DNA of 64,000 bases, from the NCBI GenBank assembly GCA_950097015.1, contig CATNEN010000037.1:1736001-1800000 (forward strand), written 5' to 3'. Under the pieces are notes generated by a model. It was not told the DNA's origin. It did not search any database and was given only the letters and a program-made list of their open reading frames with translations. Below, one piece after another: positions 34,528 to 47,395 of the stretch (its first letter is position 1; each line of letters starts with the position of its first letter). The translations under genes and the position numbers were made by a program. Source of the stretch: Macrostomum hystrix. Taxonomy: Eukaryota > Animalia > Platyhelminthes.

Positions 34528-35336
34528 TGATTGCTTAATTGCTGGCTTTGCTGGCTGAAAGACGGCCTCTGTAGTTAGAAGACAAACTAATGTGAAACAA
34601 AATGTAAGTGAAAGCAATTTAACTTGAAAGCGGACTGTACGGCTCACTGTGCGAGCTCGCAAACTTGAAAACAAACCACACACAGACCTCTTCAAGAACC
34701 CGGAAAATGTTCTTCTCATCCATTCTTTAGCTGTCGTTTTCACAACCGACGGCGATTGGCTGGTATTTGAGGCGGGAGTGTTTGTAACACCCCTGGCACA
34801 GTTTACACGCTGCACTACTAATAGTAGGATCGGGAAGTATCTTCGCATTGTAATAATAGTTTTCATTTCAGCCAAGCGACACTGATCAGATAAACAGAAC
34901 AAAACCTAAAATTCGATCATTTCTTATCAGAGACCATTCCTAATGTAGAACAGGGTCTGAATTTTATGCACAATTTCTGAATAATTGACTTCTGATAACA
35001 GGCCTGAAATGAAATGAACTGAAATGAATGAATAATCGGACTTCATCAGACCTTAATAATTTCTCATTTTCCTAATTCATTTTTTAATTCACAACGCCCC
35101 GTTAGATTCACTGTTGATGTTAAGTACTGAATATACTGAATTTATAATTTCAATTCAATACATGCTATTTGGAGTAGAGATGAAAGGTTTTCAGTTACAT
35201 TTTTTCACAACAAAGAGAGTCGAAAATATTGTCGAAATGGCAAATCTAGATAACTGCAAACAATAAGGCAGATTGTAGAATGAAACTAAACAAAAAGCTA
35301 GATTTTAGGAAAGCTAAATTTCATAGTCGTGAACAG

Positions 35337-35871
35337 TTCCCATAGATTCAGTTCACTCATCCAGACGATCATGATCAGTTTCCCATAGATTCAGTTCACT
35401 CATCCAGACGATCATGATCAGTTTCCCATAGATTCAGTTCACTCATCCAGACGATCATGATCAGTTTCCCATAGATTCAGTTCACTCATCCAGACGATCA
35501 TGATCAGTTTCCCATAGATTCAGTTCACTCATCCAGACGATCATGATCAGTTTCCCATAGATTCAGTTCACTCATCCAGACGATCATGATCAGTTTCCCA
35601 TAGATTCAGTTCACTCATCTGTGATAATGATCAGTTTCCCATAGATTCAGCTCACTCATCTGTGATAATGATCAGTTTCCCATAGATTCGGCTCACTCAT
35701 CTGTGATAATGATCAGTTTCCCATAGATTCAGTTCACTCATCTGTGATAATGATCAGTTTCCCATAGATTCAGCTCACTCATCTGTGATCATGATCAGTT
35801 TCCCATAGATTCAGCTCACTCATCTGTGATCATGATCAGTTTCCCATAGATTCAGCTCACTCATCTGTGAT
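35337..35871 (+). repeat. 43-bp tandem array (CCCATAGATTCAGTTCACTCATCCAGACGATCATGATCAGTTT), ~12.5 copies in two subtypes
   Basis: Directly visible; the left units carry CCAGACGATC and the right units CTGTGAT(A/C)ATG. Confidence 0.95.
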
Positions 35872-36421
35872 CTGGGTATTCAGCATTTTAGAGCGGAAAC
35901 TTTGGTGGATGAATGGCCAGTCCATGGACTGAACAGGTAGGTGTACACTGCCTATTCAAGCAGAGTTTTTAAACACCTAAATGAGTTAGGTGACATCTGT
36001 TTTAATGCGAGCAATGGCCACATATAGGATTTTAACCTCTTCTAGGAGAGTATATTATCGTGTAGAATAACGCTAGATAGTGGCTATGGATAATAGCTAG
36101 GCAAACAAGATGAATGGGTATCGACCGTGTGAAAGCTAATTGCAATAATGGCCGAATAGTTTTTCTTGTTGTTGTTAAACACGATAAGTCTAATGGCGAA
36201 AGGTTTTAGAATTTTTCGGGCTTTTACCATTAATCGCGCTGTGAAAGTGTTGATAGCACAAATATTTCACAGAATTTTCAGTCTATGTCAGCAGGAATTA
36301 ATGAATAACTTTCATCTCTTTCATCTCAACCTCGCGAAAAGCTTCCTATTATGATCTGAAACGACTTTCCAGAATAAATTTGCAAGTAGCATTTGTAATT
36401 AATAAAATAATAATTGATTAC

Positions 36422-36715
36422 ACCTGCCCCAATTGGGCCAGTTGTGCAGCCGACAGCACAGTCGCAGCTATTGCATCTGAAGGCTGCGTACGGCTGTTCA
36501 GTCCATGGACTGGGGGGACGCCACACCCGGCCTCAATTACCCCAGCTGATGCTGGTGGTCACCCATCTTAACAGTTGGGTGAACTGAAGCAATGCAGAGT
36601 AAAGTGCATTAGCTTCTCTTGTTAAATGACACAAATTGTTCCAGTGGAGTCGGGAATCGAACCCCCGACCTTCAAGTCGCGAGTCCGCCGCTCTAACCAC
36701 CAGGCGACAACCCAC
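36422..36715 (-). mobile_element. tRNA-derived SINE, family B (CORE-like domain)
   Basis: Head GGTGGTTAGAGCG...GGTTCGATTCC, a CORE-like middle and an (ATT)n-like tail. Matches the copies at 60095-60350 and 61203-61495. Confidence 0.88.
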
Positions 36716-36965
36716 TAGTTCAGTAAATGAAATTGATTATATGCATATATACATGGTAAAGCAGCATAATGCTTAACGTCTGGGGCAAAATATGTTCAGA
36801 AACAGAAGCGAAACAATAAGCAGAAAATTGAGTGCTTTTAAGCGAATCTAAAATTTTATCCCAGCAAATTCTAGCTAACCCAGTGTTATCTAAACAAATG
36901 TTGTTAAAGTGTTAGGCGGAACAAATTCCTGTCCAAGTGCAACAGGCTAAGGTTGTTCTAACCAT

Positions 36966-36997
<32 letters not shown>

Positions 36998-38439
36998 TGT
37001 AGGCTGCTTTCATTTTTTTTTCGCTCTCTCTGTGTGTGAATCGAGCCCTGAAACAATAGCGTTGAGCTATGGAGGCATGGAAGCCGGAGAGATGAGGTCT
37101 GTGAGTTGCGGCAGCTGCAAGCGGGATTGCTGTTGCTGGTTGCTGGGGCAGGTGAGTGGAAGTAACACGCGCGCTTCCTTCTGTCAGCAATTTTAGTGGA
37201 ATCCGCGAAGCGCGAAATCAGAAGCCGCTGCAGCAGCTGGTTAAATAAGCGGCTACGCTCGATGCTCAAAGTCAGTAGCAGCTCTCTTTGTTATAATTAG
37301 CTTCTCAAATTATGCAAGAGCGTATGCTCAGCGAGGCATATAAGGAGAGCGAGTTAGTTTGTTAAAATTCGCAATTACGTCATCAAAGCAGATCAAATTT
37401 GACGGGGCTTGAATTCTTGTTTGCTTGTCCAGGATAATAAAATTCTATCTGACAATGGACGATTAAAACAAATTTGAATGTGATTTCTTGGACGCAGCGT
37501 TAAATAATGATACACGCACAGTGAGACAGAAATTAAAATTAAAATGAAAATTAAAATTTGAAGACATTTTAAATTAGCTAGTTTTCTACCCTAACACATT
37601 AAAGAAGTAATAGCTATGCGGTAGTTATTAGAACGATAGTTTTGTTTGTTTCAGCTTTCAAAGAAAAATTTTGCGACTAATTCCGGAAGACTGTGATCAG
37701 ATAAACAAATTTAGCTTCTAACAGACTGCAGCGTAAAGTCGAGAAAAAAAGCATCAGAAAAGCAAATCGTAGATCAACAGCAGTGACATTGGCATGCAAT
37801 GCTTCAATATTTCAGTCCAAACTCTGCATGTCACGGCCTCATTAAATTGGTCGCTCATGGGATTGGTGGATCAAGCTAACGAGCACTAAGGTAATTCTTT
37901 CTATTTGAGCAAACCTCGTTAGCACGCGCCCTCAGACACCAGAGTTGCTAGGGCGTGCGGAATGTCAGTTCTGCAAAAGGCCTCACTATTTTGCAAGACT
38001 TTAAACCATCCACCGGCTTGCTCATAGTCACGGATTGTCATAGCAGTTTTTGCACTGCTCCCAGCTGCTGTTTTCCCCATCGGCCTCAAATTTTCTTGTT
38101 CCATCTTCCCCCTTTTTCGCTTCCTTCCTTCCCACTGCTGCCATTGTTCTCTGCTGCTCCCAATTTTGGGAGTCAGTCAGCCCTGAAAAGCAGCAGTTAC
38201 CACCTGGAGTACTTCTTAGTGCCAATGAGAAGCAGCTCAGAATTGGAAGACATTGCAGCATGTCTAAGAGGAAAACAAATAACAGGCCCAAGACAAGAGT
38301 GAGATGAAAAAATGAGTAAAAGAATTCGATACATTTTGTAGCAGTTGCGAAGCAATTTAATTCAAAAGCTATCGATAGTACACCGTTCAGGTGCCATGTA
38401 CTCGCGAAGGACTCTCGGGTTTCATCGAAAACTTAGGGG

Positions 38440-38762
38440 AGAGCTGGGCAGAGCGGTTAACGCGCTTGCCTCTCGCAACAATGTCCCTGAGTTCGACTCG
38501 GCGAGGCCACATTTATTTGGGGCGCAGTCGCGGAGAGAAGGCTTGGGAGATTGTCATGCAATTTTCGCTCTTGAGGGCCAACCTCCAAGGCACAGTGAGA
38601 GTGTACACTGCTTGACGATGAGAAAGTCAGGGCAGATGTACACCTGTGTGAGCGTGTGCCTGCGTACAGTATCTGTGTGCGTGTGTGCTCAGGAGTCAAC
38701 GAAATGGGCAGAATTGTCTCCTCGCTGGCTGCAGTCTAGTGCCACCAAATGATGTGCCATTG
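38440..38762 (+). mobile_element. tRNA-derived SINE, family A
   Basis: Head GGGCAGAGCGGTTAACGCG...GAGTTCGACTC; the body aligns with 2467-2782 and 42895-43225. It ends ~60 bp from the DEG/ENaC stop codon. Confidence 0.85.
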
Positions 38763-38819
38763 CCCGCAGCCCTCCTGCAATTATTATTTTGAATTATTGA
38801 AACTTCTATGACCAGTAGC

Positions 38820-40660
38820 TCAAAGGTCGGACGGCTTCGCGCTGTGATGATGCGAGTTGAGTGGAATCATCGATCGGGGCGAAGAGTGCGGCGACTCGTC
38901 CTCGGATTCCAACTGCGACGGCCTGGGCGGAGCCGCGAGCTTCACGCGTTGAGTAATGGACCCCGAAGTACCGCCGCCGCCGCCGCCGCCGCCCGCGCCA
39001 CCACCGCCTCTGCCAGTCAGGTACATGTAGAAGAATTCGATGACCTCCACGGCGCAGGCGCATGTCAGGCCGATGGTTAGCGAGCAAAGGCCTCCGATCT
39101 GGGACATCAGGGCATTCAGGGTCAGCACCTGCTTCTCCTCCTTGAGGATGAGGTTTTCGCTCTTCCTCTTCAAGACTACGTAGGCGAAGTTCTTGGATTC
39201 CACCATGTCGTCCGGGCCCTGATCGTCGGCGATGGCCGTCAGGTTGGCCTTGGTCAGGTAGCGAAGCAGCCGCTGCCTCACAGCTTCGAAGCGGGGCCGC
39301 AGGACAGCTTCGCCGCGCGCTGAGCCACCGTCGCGCTCGTCAATCAGGTTGCCGAGCTCCTCAATGTCGTTGACAAATTTGCCTGACCAGTAGACCTGCC
39401 AATCGGTGGCGCCCCAGTAGGTCACGGACAGTTTGGTGTCGTACTCGGTGAGGAGGCAGCGGGGCAGGCAGGGCCACTGAGGCGCATGCTGTGTCACGTC
39501 AACATAGCACTGCAGCTGGCGAACGAAGTCTTCGAAGGTGCGGTTAAAGGCGCCAGTGAACGAGGCGCAGTATGGCAGCTCTTTGCTCGGCGCCCGCGTG
39601 CGGGGCACCCCCGGCAGGCTGACGATGCAGCTGCAGCGACGCATCACCAGCTCCTGCAGGTGCTGATTGGCGCACTCTAGCTGCGTGTAGTCGAATCTGC
39701 GGCCCAGATCGGTAAACGACTCGCCGCTGGTGACGCACGGGTTGACCGGCGTGTTGCTGCGGTTCCACAATGTGGGAGTGTACGCCAGCTCCGTCATCTT
39801 GCCGGCTTCGATATTCTTGCCGAAGTGTTCCACGTTCGGGTAGCGATTCGGCTCGTGAATCACCACGCGCAGTCCGGTAGCCTGGTCGAAGACGTCGTTG
39901 AGGAAGCCCTGCTGGAAGTTGGCATAGTCTGGTGGCGGCCCTAGATCTACAGCCAAGCCGAGGAACTGAGTGTCCAGCGAGGCCGCGGGACTGTTTGGCT
40001 CGACGGTGTAGCAGTTTAGGTGCTTGGGATGTGAGAACAGTTTGATGCTGAAGCCGTGCTCAGTCAGGTTGCACGGGTCCTTGAAGTGGCTGACGCCGGC
40101 AGTCTTGACAATGCACTTGCGAATGACGCTGGGATCGTGGCTGAGAACCGTGATGTCCTGCAGAGGAATGTTCTGGTAGTAGATCTCCAGCATGTCATAG
40201 TAGAGCGAGTATGATATCGGATCGGCGTTTCGAATGCGGAAGAAGTCAGACGTCTTGTTGATGGTGTCCAGTGCCCAGCGGCGCAGCAGGGCGTTGTATT
40301 CCCGCGGTGACATCACGGATCTGTTGCTCCACAACTTGAAGGCTCTCGACGAGAATGGCTGGTGAAGGCACACGGTGATAGCCGGGAAAGGGGACGCGAA
40401 CTTGGGAATGTCGGACGTGTGCACGATGACGTCATACTGCAGGTAGGAGCGAACTGACAGCGACGAGGACACGATTAGCACAAGGGTCATGACCACAACA
40501 AAGGCCAGCCACATTTTGCGGAGAAAGTTTGAAGACGAGCGAGCGATCTTGGGCATGCCGCGGATGGAGCTGCACTCGCAAAACAGCATCATCCCGCTGC
40601 GGCTTGGCTGCGGCTGCGGCTGCGGCTGACGCTGCGGCTGCTGGTCCTGCTGGCGATTCT
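38820..40660 (-). CDS. DEG/ENaC (ASIC-like) sodium channel subunit encoded by one large exon (ATG at 40592 or spliced at 40660)
   Basis: FCECSSIRGMPKI, TM1 KMWLAFVV, FPAITVC, GLRVVIHEP, Cys-rich YTQLEC..CSC..CLPRC..TEY and TM2 LMSQIGGLCSLTIGLT..VEVIEF. Acceptor TTTGCAG| at 40661 extends the frame by 22 Q/P-rich codons. Confidence 0.93.
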
Positions 40661-40904
40661 CTGCAAAGCAGCGGTTGGCGGACGTTGGTTCGATTCTTAA
40701 AGCAATGAATTTCAGCCATTCGATTAGCTTAATGCCTTTACTGACAAGATTTTACACTGAATTGACACAACCTAACTGGGCACACATGTGCAGGCAGTGG
40801 TGCAGATACAGCCATTGCGGGGCGCATATAAACGTTGCGTACAGCTGTTTAGTCCATGGACTGGGGGTGCCTAACCCACCTAATGAGCAGCTGAACGGTA
40901 CCAT

Positions 40905-41491
40905 TTAGGAAATGTGCAGTTTAGGGAATCTGCAGTTTAGGGAATGTGCAGTTTAGGGAATGTGCAGTTTAGGGAATCTGCAGTTTAGGGAATCTGCAGT
41001 TTAGGGATATGCAGTTTAGGGAATGTGCAGTTTAGGGAATGTGCAGTTTAGGGAATGTGCAGTTTAGGGAATGTGCAGTTTAGGGAATGTGCAGTTTAGG
41101 GAATGTGCAGTTTAGGGAATCTGCAGTTTAGGGAATGTGCAGTTTAGGGAATCTGCAGTTTAGGGAATGTGCAGTTTAGGGAATGTGCAGTTTAGGGAAT
41201 GTGCAGTTTAGGGAATCTGCAGTTTAGGGAATCTGCAGTTTAGGGATATGCAGTTTAGGGAATGTGCAGTTTAGGGAATGTGCAGTTTAGGGAATGTGCA
41301 GTTTAGGGATATGCAGTTTAGGAAATGGGCAGTTTAGGGATATGCAGTTTAGGGATATGCAGTTTAGGGATATGCAGTTTAGGAAATGGGCAGTTTAGGG
41401 AATGTGCAGTTTAGGGAATGTGCAGTTTAGGGAATGTGCAGTTTAGGGAATGTGCAGTTTAGGGAATGTGCAGTTTAGGGAATGTGCAGTC
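40905..41491 (+). repeat. 16-bp tandem array (TTTAGGGAATGTGCAG), ~36 copies
   Basis: Directly visible; each unit contains TTAGGG. Confidence 0.96.
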
Positions 41492-42069
41492 TAGTTAATG
41501 TGCATCGCCCTTCAGTGACAACTCTACAAATCGTCTAGACTAAAGGCACATTGCGGACAGTTCACCGGCACCTGAGCCAACCCTTCCTGGGAGGCATGAA
41601 CCATGACAACTATAGCGAGACATTGTGGATGATCATTGACTGATGCCAAATTATTCAACAAACATATTGGCGCATTATAATTGTGAGCCATTACCGCAGC
41701 CATGCAGACAACCACTAACAATTGGTCCCACCTGCACATTAATTTCTCTGTTTGCTCTTCCGTAAATGTTTCTGGAGTCTGCTTTCATTGTGGACAGGAA
41801 AAAATGATGAAAATTCCATTAGCATTCCCGCGCGGCTAGAAAAAGTGCGCGAGATGAGAGCTTTTGGAATCTACCAGCTTATCCTGCGTCGCTAGATTGA
41901 AGTTAGGTAAATTTGATACTATCATTATCCTGGAAAATAGATTTCAAGTATCTGTTTGCTCGCCACAGTTCTACGCAATAACCAGGACTTTAGCAAGCTT
42001 GATTTTTAAATCTGCCGGATGAGTGTAGTGACTAAACTTGAAGTATAGATTTAAATGTAGTTATAAAGT

Positions 42070-42222
42070 CGCGAAATCGCAGCAAAAACCGTGGAATCGC
42101 AGCAGGAGCCGCGGAATCGCAGCAGCAGGAGCTACGGTATCGCAGCAAAAGCCGCGGAATCGAAGTAAGAGCCGCGGTATTGCAGCAGGAGTCGCGAGAA
42201 TCGCAGCAGGAACCGTGGTATC
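42070..42222 (+). repeat. Degenerate ~20-bp repeat with core GAATCGCAGCAGGA, ~7 copies
   Basis: Shares a 14-bp core with the 24-bp array. Confidence 0.75.
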
Positions 42223-42894
42223 GTCCCGGAAGAAATGAAATCAACAAGAGTTGTGAAAAATCTTGTCCGAGCTGAGGAATCGCGACAGTAGAATCGCAGC
42301 CGGAATAGAAGTGAAAAACCTGGCTAGAATCGAAGGATGTTTCAATACGCTATACTATATTTCTATTATGCTCACATGATACTCATCAAGGCTTGCACGA
42401 ACCACCTCTTGCTATCATTATAGTACATTTCTCACTAGCCAATTCTAAGAATTAAATCCTTATCCCGATTTACACTGCTTACATTTGTGCTGAGCTGAAC
42501 GAAGGTAAAAATATTTTGAGCTCACGAGGACTCGTAAATTAATAGAATCTGCTAGTACATATTTATTTATACTAATAGACGAGGTTGAATGTCAAAATTT
42601 TGTTTGTTTATCTAAGCTCCATGATTTCCAGTGGACCCATCAAAGTGATATCTGATATTTTCTGGCTTAGATCGATTTTTTCATATGTGCGCGAGAAGGG
42701 ATGAAAAGTTTATTGACAATTCATTGCCAGCAGTGATTTCTGAGACAGAAAAATAACATGTTCTACGTTGAATAGAATGCCTTTGATGTACTTCGGACCC
42801 ATCTCTAGACGAGAGGTCTTGGAGTTCGGACTGAACAGCCCAGTCCATGGACTGAACAGCTGTGTGTTAATCGCAGTAGTGCTGTGGGCATGGA

Positions 42895-43225
42895 TCGACA
42901 TATCATTTGGTGACACTAGACCCGCAGCCAGCGAGGAGGCAATTCTGCCCATTCCACTGACTCCTGAGCACACACGCACACAGATACCGTACGCAGGCAC
43001 ACACTCACACAGGTATGTACATCTGCCCTGATTTTCTCATCGTCACTTTCGCGTACACTTTCGCTGTGCCTTGGAGTTTGGCCTTTAAGGGGGTAGATTT
43101 CATGACAATCTCCCAAGCCTTCTCTCGGCGACTGCGCCCCAAATAAATGTGGCCTCGCCGCGGAATCGAGCTCAGGGACCTTGGTGCGAGAGGCAAGCGC
43201 GTTAGACCGCTCTGCCACCCCCCTA
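42895..43225 (-). mobile_element. tRNA-derived SINE, family A
   Basis: Reverse-complement match to 38440-38762 (head GGTGGCAGAGCGGTCTAACGCG...GAGCTCGATTCC). Confidence 0.85.
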
Positions 43226-43404
43226 GAAGAGTGCTAGCAAATCAATAACAGATAATTCTCAAGCAAAAGTATTAGTCTCACTTCTCGATTTTCGTCGCCG
43301 GCTGCTGGCATCGACTGAAGCCGCTGCGCCTTCAAGGTCGCTGTGCCGCAGGAAGTCTCGCCCGGAATCTTCGTCTGGGTGCCCGGTGGCGTGTGCGAGA
43401 TCTG

Positions 43405-43418
43405 GTTGCTATGGTGAT
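43405..43418. promoter_or_regulatory. Candidate RFX X-box (GTTGCTATGGTGAT)
   Basis: Close match to the RFX consensus GTTGCYATGGYAAC, adjacent to a GC-rich segment that ends in a minus-strand donor GTGAGA (43281). Confidence 0.4.
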
Positions 43419-44029
43419 AGATAGAATTCGCACCTAGCCTACCCTGGAGCTAGGATTCACGAATTCGAAACTTCAACCCGCTACAAACCTAACTAAGGTT
43501 CTTATAGCGAAAGCTTGAGGTTGAAAAGTGGTCAGGGTCTCCAATTTCAGACAGGTTGAGAAATTCTAAACCAAATTCTGTGTGGTCTAGTTGGCAAATA
43601 AAAACTAAATCAGATCAAGGAGGTAACTGATTAGTATTCAGCCAACGCACCATCTCCTATGGGCATAGCTAGCCTTGTATATTGCTTTTTGATGCTTTCA
43701 GTTCAAGAAAATAATCTATCAAAAACAGTGAAAGGTGCTAGGTGTGTGAGAATCGTACACATAGGATGGTTAGCTCAGTGCACTCTCTACTTCCCATACC
43801 CACTTAGGCCATGCCACAAACGTGAGAGGAGAAAGAGGGTGAGTGGAAACATTGATTTCTGAAGAGTGCAGAGCAATCACTATTGCTTTTTAAGCTTCAG
43901 TTCTGCTCTTCACACCCCTCATGACCATCGCTGACTCGACGCCAGCCTAAACTCACCGACAAATCAGTGTGTTTCCCCCTCAGCTCAGGGTAGTGTAGTG
44001 ACATTCAAGCAGTGATATTTTCCCTCAGT

Positions 44030-47000
44030 ACCCTATCCCAGTGTCCCATCACACAGTATCCCATCACACAGTGTCCCATCACACAGTATCCCATCACACA
44101 GTGTCCTATCACACAGTGTCCCATCACACAGTGTCCCATCACACAGTATCCCATCACACAGTGTCCCATCACACAGTGTCCTATCACACAGTGTCCTATC
44201 ACACAGTGTCCTATCACACAGTGTCCTATCACACATGTCTCCTATCACACAGTGTCCCATCACACAGTGTCCTATCACACAGTGTCCGATCACACATTGG
44301 CCCATCACACAGTGTCCTATCACACAGTGTCCCATCACACAGTGTCCCATCACACAGTATCCCATCACACAGTGTCCCATCACACAGTGTCCTATCACAC
44401 AGTGTCCTATCACACAGTGTCCCATCACACAGTGTCCTATCACACAGTGTCCCATCACACATGTCTCCTATCACACAGTGTCCTATCACACAGTGTCCTA
44501 TCACACAGTGTCCCATCACACATGTCTCCTATCACACAGTGTCCCATCACACAGTGTCCAAACACACAGTGTCCCATCACACAGTGTCCCATCACACAGT
44601 GTCCCATCACACAGTGTCCGATCACACAGTGTCCCATCACACAGTATCCCATCACACAGTGTCCCATCACACAGTGTCCCATCACACAGTGTCCCATCAC
44701 ACAGTGTCCGATCACACAGTGTCCTATCACACAGTGTCCCATCACACAGTGTCCCATCACACAGTGTCCTATCACACAGTGTCCGATCACACAGTGTCCG
44801 ATCACACAGTGTCCCATCACACAGTATCCCATCACACAGTGTCCCATCACACAGTGTCCCATCACACAGTGTCCCATCACACAGTGTCCTATCACACAGT
44901 GTCCTATCACACAGTGTCCCATCACACAGTATCCCATCACACAGTGTCCCATCACACAGTGTCCAATCACACAGTGTCATATCACACAGTGTCCTATCAC
45001 ACAGTATCCCATCACACAGTGTCCCATCACACAGTGTCCCATCCCACAGTGTCCCATCACACAGTGTCCTATCACACAGTGTCCCATCACACAGTGTCCT
45101 ATCACACAGTGTCCTATCACACAGTGTCCTATCACACAGTATCCCATCCCACAGTGTCCTATCACACAGTGTCCCATCACACAGTGTCCCATCACACAGT
45201 GTCCCATCACACAGTATCCCATCACACAGTGTCCCATCACACAGTGTCCGATCACACAGTGTCCCATCACACAGTATCCCATCACACAGTGTCCCATCAC
45301 ACAGTGTCCTATCACACAGTGTCCCATCACACAGTGTCCGATCACACAGTGTCCTATCACACAGTGTCCCATCACACAGTGTCCCATCACACAGTGTCAT
45401 ATCACACAGTGTCATATCACACAGTGTCCTATCACACAGTATCCCATCACACAGTGTCCCATCACACAGTGTCCCATCCCACAGTGTCCTATCACACAGT
45501 GTCCCATCACACAGTGTCCGATCACACAGTATCCCATCCCACAGTGTCCTATCACACAGTGTCCTATCACACAGTGTCCCATCACACAGTGTCCGATCAC
45601 ACAGTGTCCCATCCCACAGTGTCCTATCACACAGTATCCCATCCCACAGTGTCCTATCACACAGTATCCCATCACACAGTATCCCATCACACAGTGTCCC
45701 ATCACACAGTGTCCTATCACACAGTATCCCATCACACAGTATCCCATCACACAGTGTCCTATCACACAGTGTCCCATGACACAGTGTCCGATCACACAGT
45801 GTCCTATCACACAGTGTCCCATCACACAGTATCCCATCACACAGTGTCCCATCACACAGTGTCCAATCACACAGTGTCATATCACACAGTGTCCTATCAC
45901 ACAGTATCCCATCCCACAGTGTCCTATCACACAGTGTCCCATCACACAGTGTCCTATCACACAGTGTCCCATCACACAGTGTCCTATCACACAGTGTCCT
46001 ATCACACAGTGTCCTATCACACAGTGTCCTATCACACAGTGTCCCATCACACAGTGTCCCATCACACAGTATCCCATCACACAGTGTCCCATCACACAGT
46101 GTCCCATCACACAGTGTCCTATCACACAGTGTCCCATCACACAGTATCCCATCACACAGTGTCCCATCACACAGTGTCCCATCACACAGTGTCCCATCCC
46201 ACAGTGTCCTATCACACAGTGTCCTATCACACAGTGTCCTATCACACAGTGTCCTATCACACAGTATCCCATCACACAGTGTCCTATCACACAGTATCCT
46301 ATCACACAGTGTCCCATCACACATGTCTCCTATCACACAGTGTCCTATCACACAGTGTCCTATCACACAGTGGCCAATCACACAGTGGCCCATCACACAG
46401 TGTCCTATCACACAGTGTCCGATCACACAGTGTCCGATCACACAGTGTCCTATCACACAGTGTCCTATCACACAGTGTCCCATCACACAGTGTCCTATCA
46501 CACAGTGTCCGATCACACAGTGTCCTATCACACAGTGTCCGATCACACAGTGTCCCATCACACATGTCTCCTATCACACAGTGTCCTATCACACAGTGTC
46601 CTATCACACAGTGTCCCATCACACATGTCTCCTATCACACAGTGTCCTATCACACAGTGTCCTATCACACAGTGTCCCATCACACATGTCTCCTATCACA
46701 CAGTGTCCTATCACACAGTGTCCTATCACACAGTGTCCCATCACACAGTGTCATATCACACAGTGTCCTATCACACAGTGTCCTATCACACAGTGTCCCA
46801 TCACACATGTCTCCGATCACACAGTGTCCCATCACACAGTGTCCTATCACACAGTGTCCTATCACACAGTGTCCCATCACACATGTCTCCTATCACACAG
46901 TGTCCTATCACGCAGTTTCCTATCACACAGTGTCCTATCACACAGTGTCATATCACACAGTGTCCTATCACACAGTGTCTTATCACACAGTGTCCTATCA

Positions 47001-47395
47001 CACAGTGTCCCATCACACATGTGTCCTATCACACAGTGTCCTATCACACAGTGTCCCATCACACAGTGTCCTATCACACAGTGTCCTATCACACAGTGTC
47101 CTATCACACAGTATCCTATCACACAGTGTCTTATCACACAGTGTCCTATCACACAGTGTCCTATCACACAGTGGCCAATCACACAGTGGCCCATCACACA
47201 GTGTCCTATCACACAGTGTCCTATCACACAGTGTCCTATCACACAGTGTCCTATCACACAGTGTCTTATCACACAGTGTCCTATCACACAGTGTCCTATC
47301 ACACAGTGACCTATCACACAGTGTCCTATCACACAGTGTCCTATCACACAGTGTCCCATCACACATGTCTCCTATCACACAGTGTCCTATCACAG
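44030..47395 (+). repeat. 15-bp tandem array (CACACAGTGTCCCAT/CCTAT), ~220 copies, with 16-bp variants
   Basis: Directly visible; frame-shifting variants argue against coding. Confidence 0.97.

Noticed and set aside
36912-37269. ORFs around a (CAG)n tract and a plus-strand donor CAG|GTGAGT at ~37150
   Set aside because: No coherent gene model or domain; it may be a UTR exon, but this cannot be supported from sequence alone.
44030-47395. V(D)J RSS heptamer CACAGTG in most units
   Set aside because: No nonamer, no 12/23 spacing and no RAG/Transib ORF; best explained by chance unit composition.
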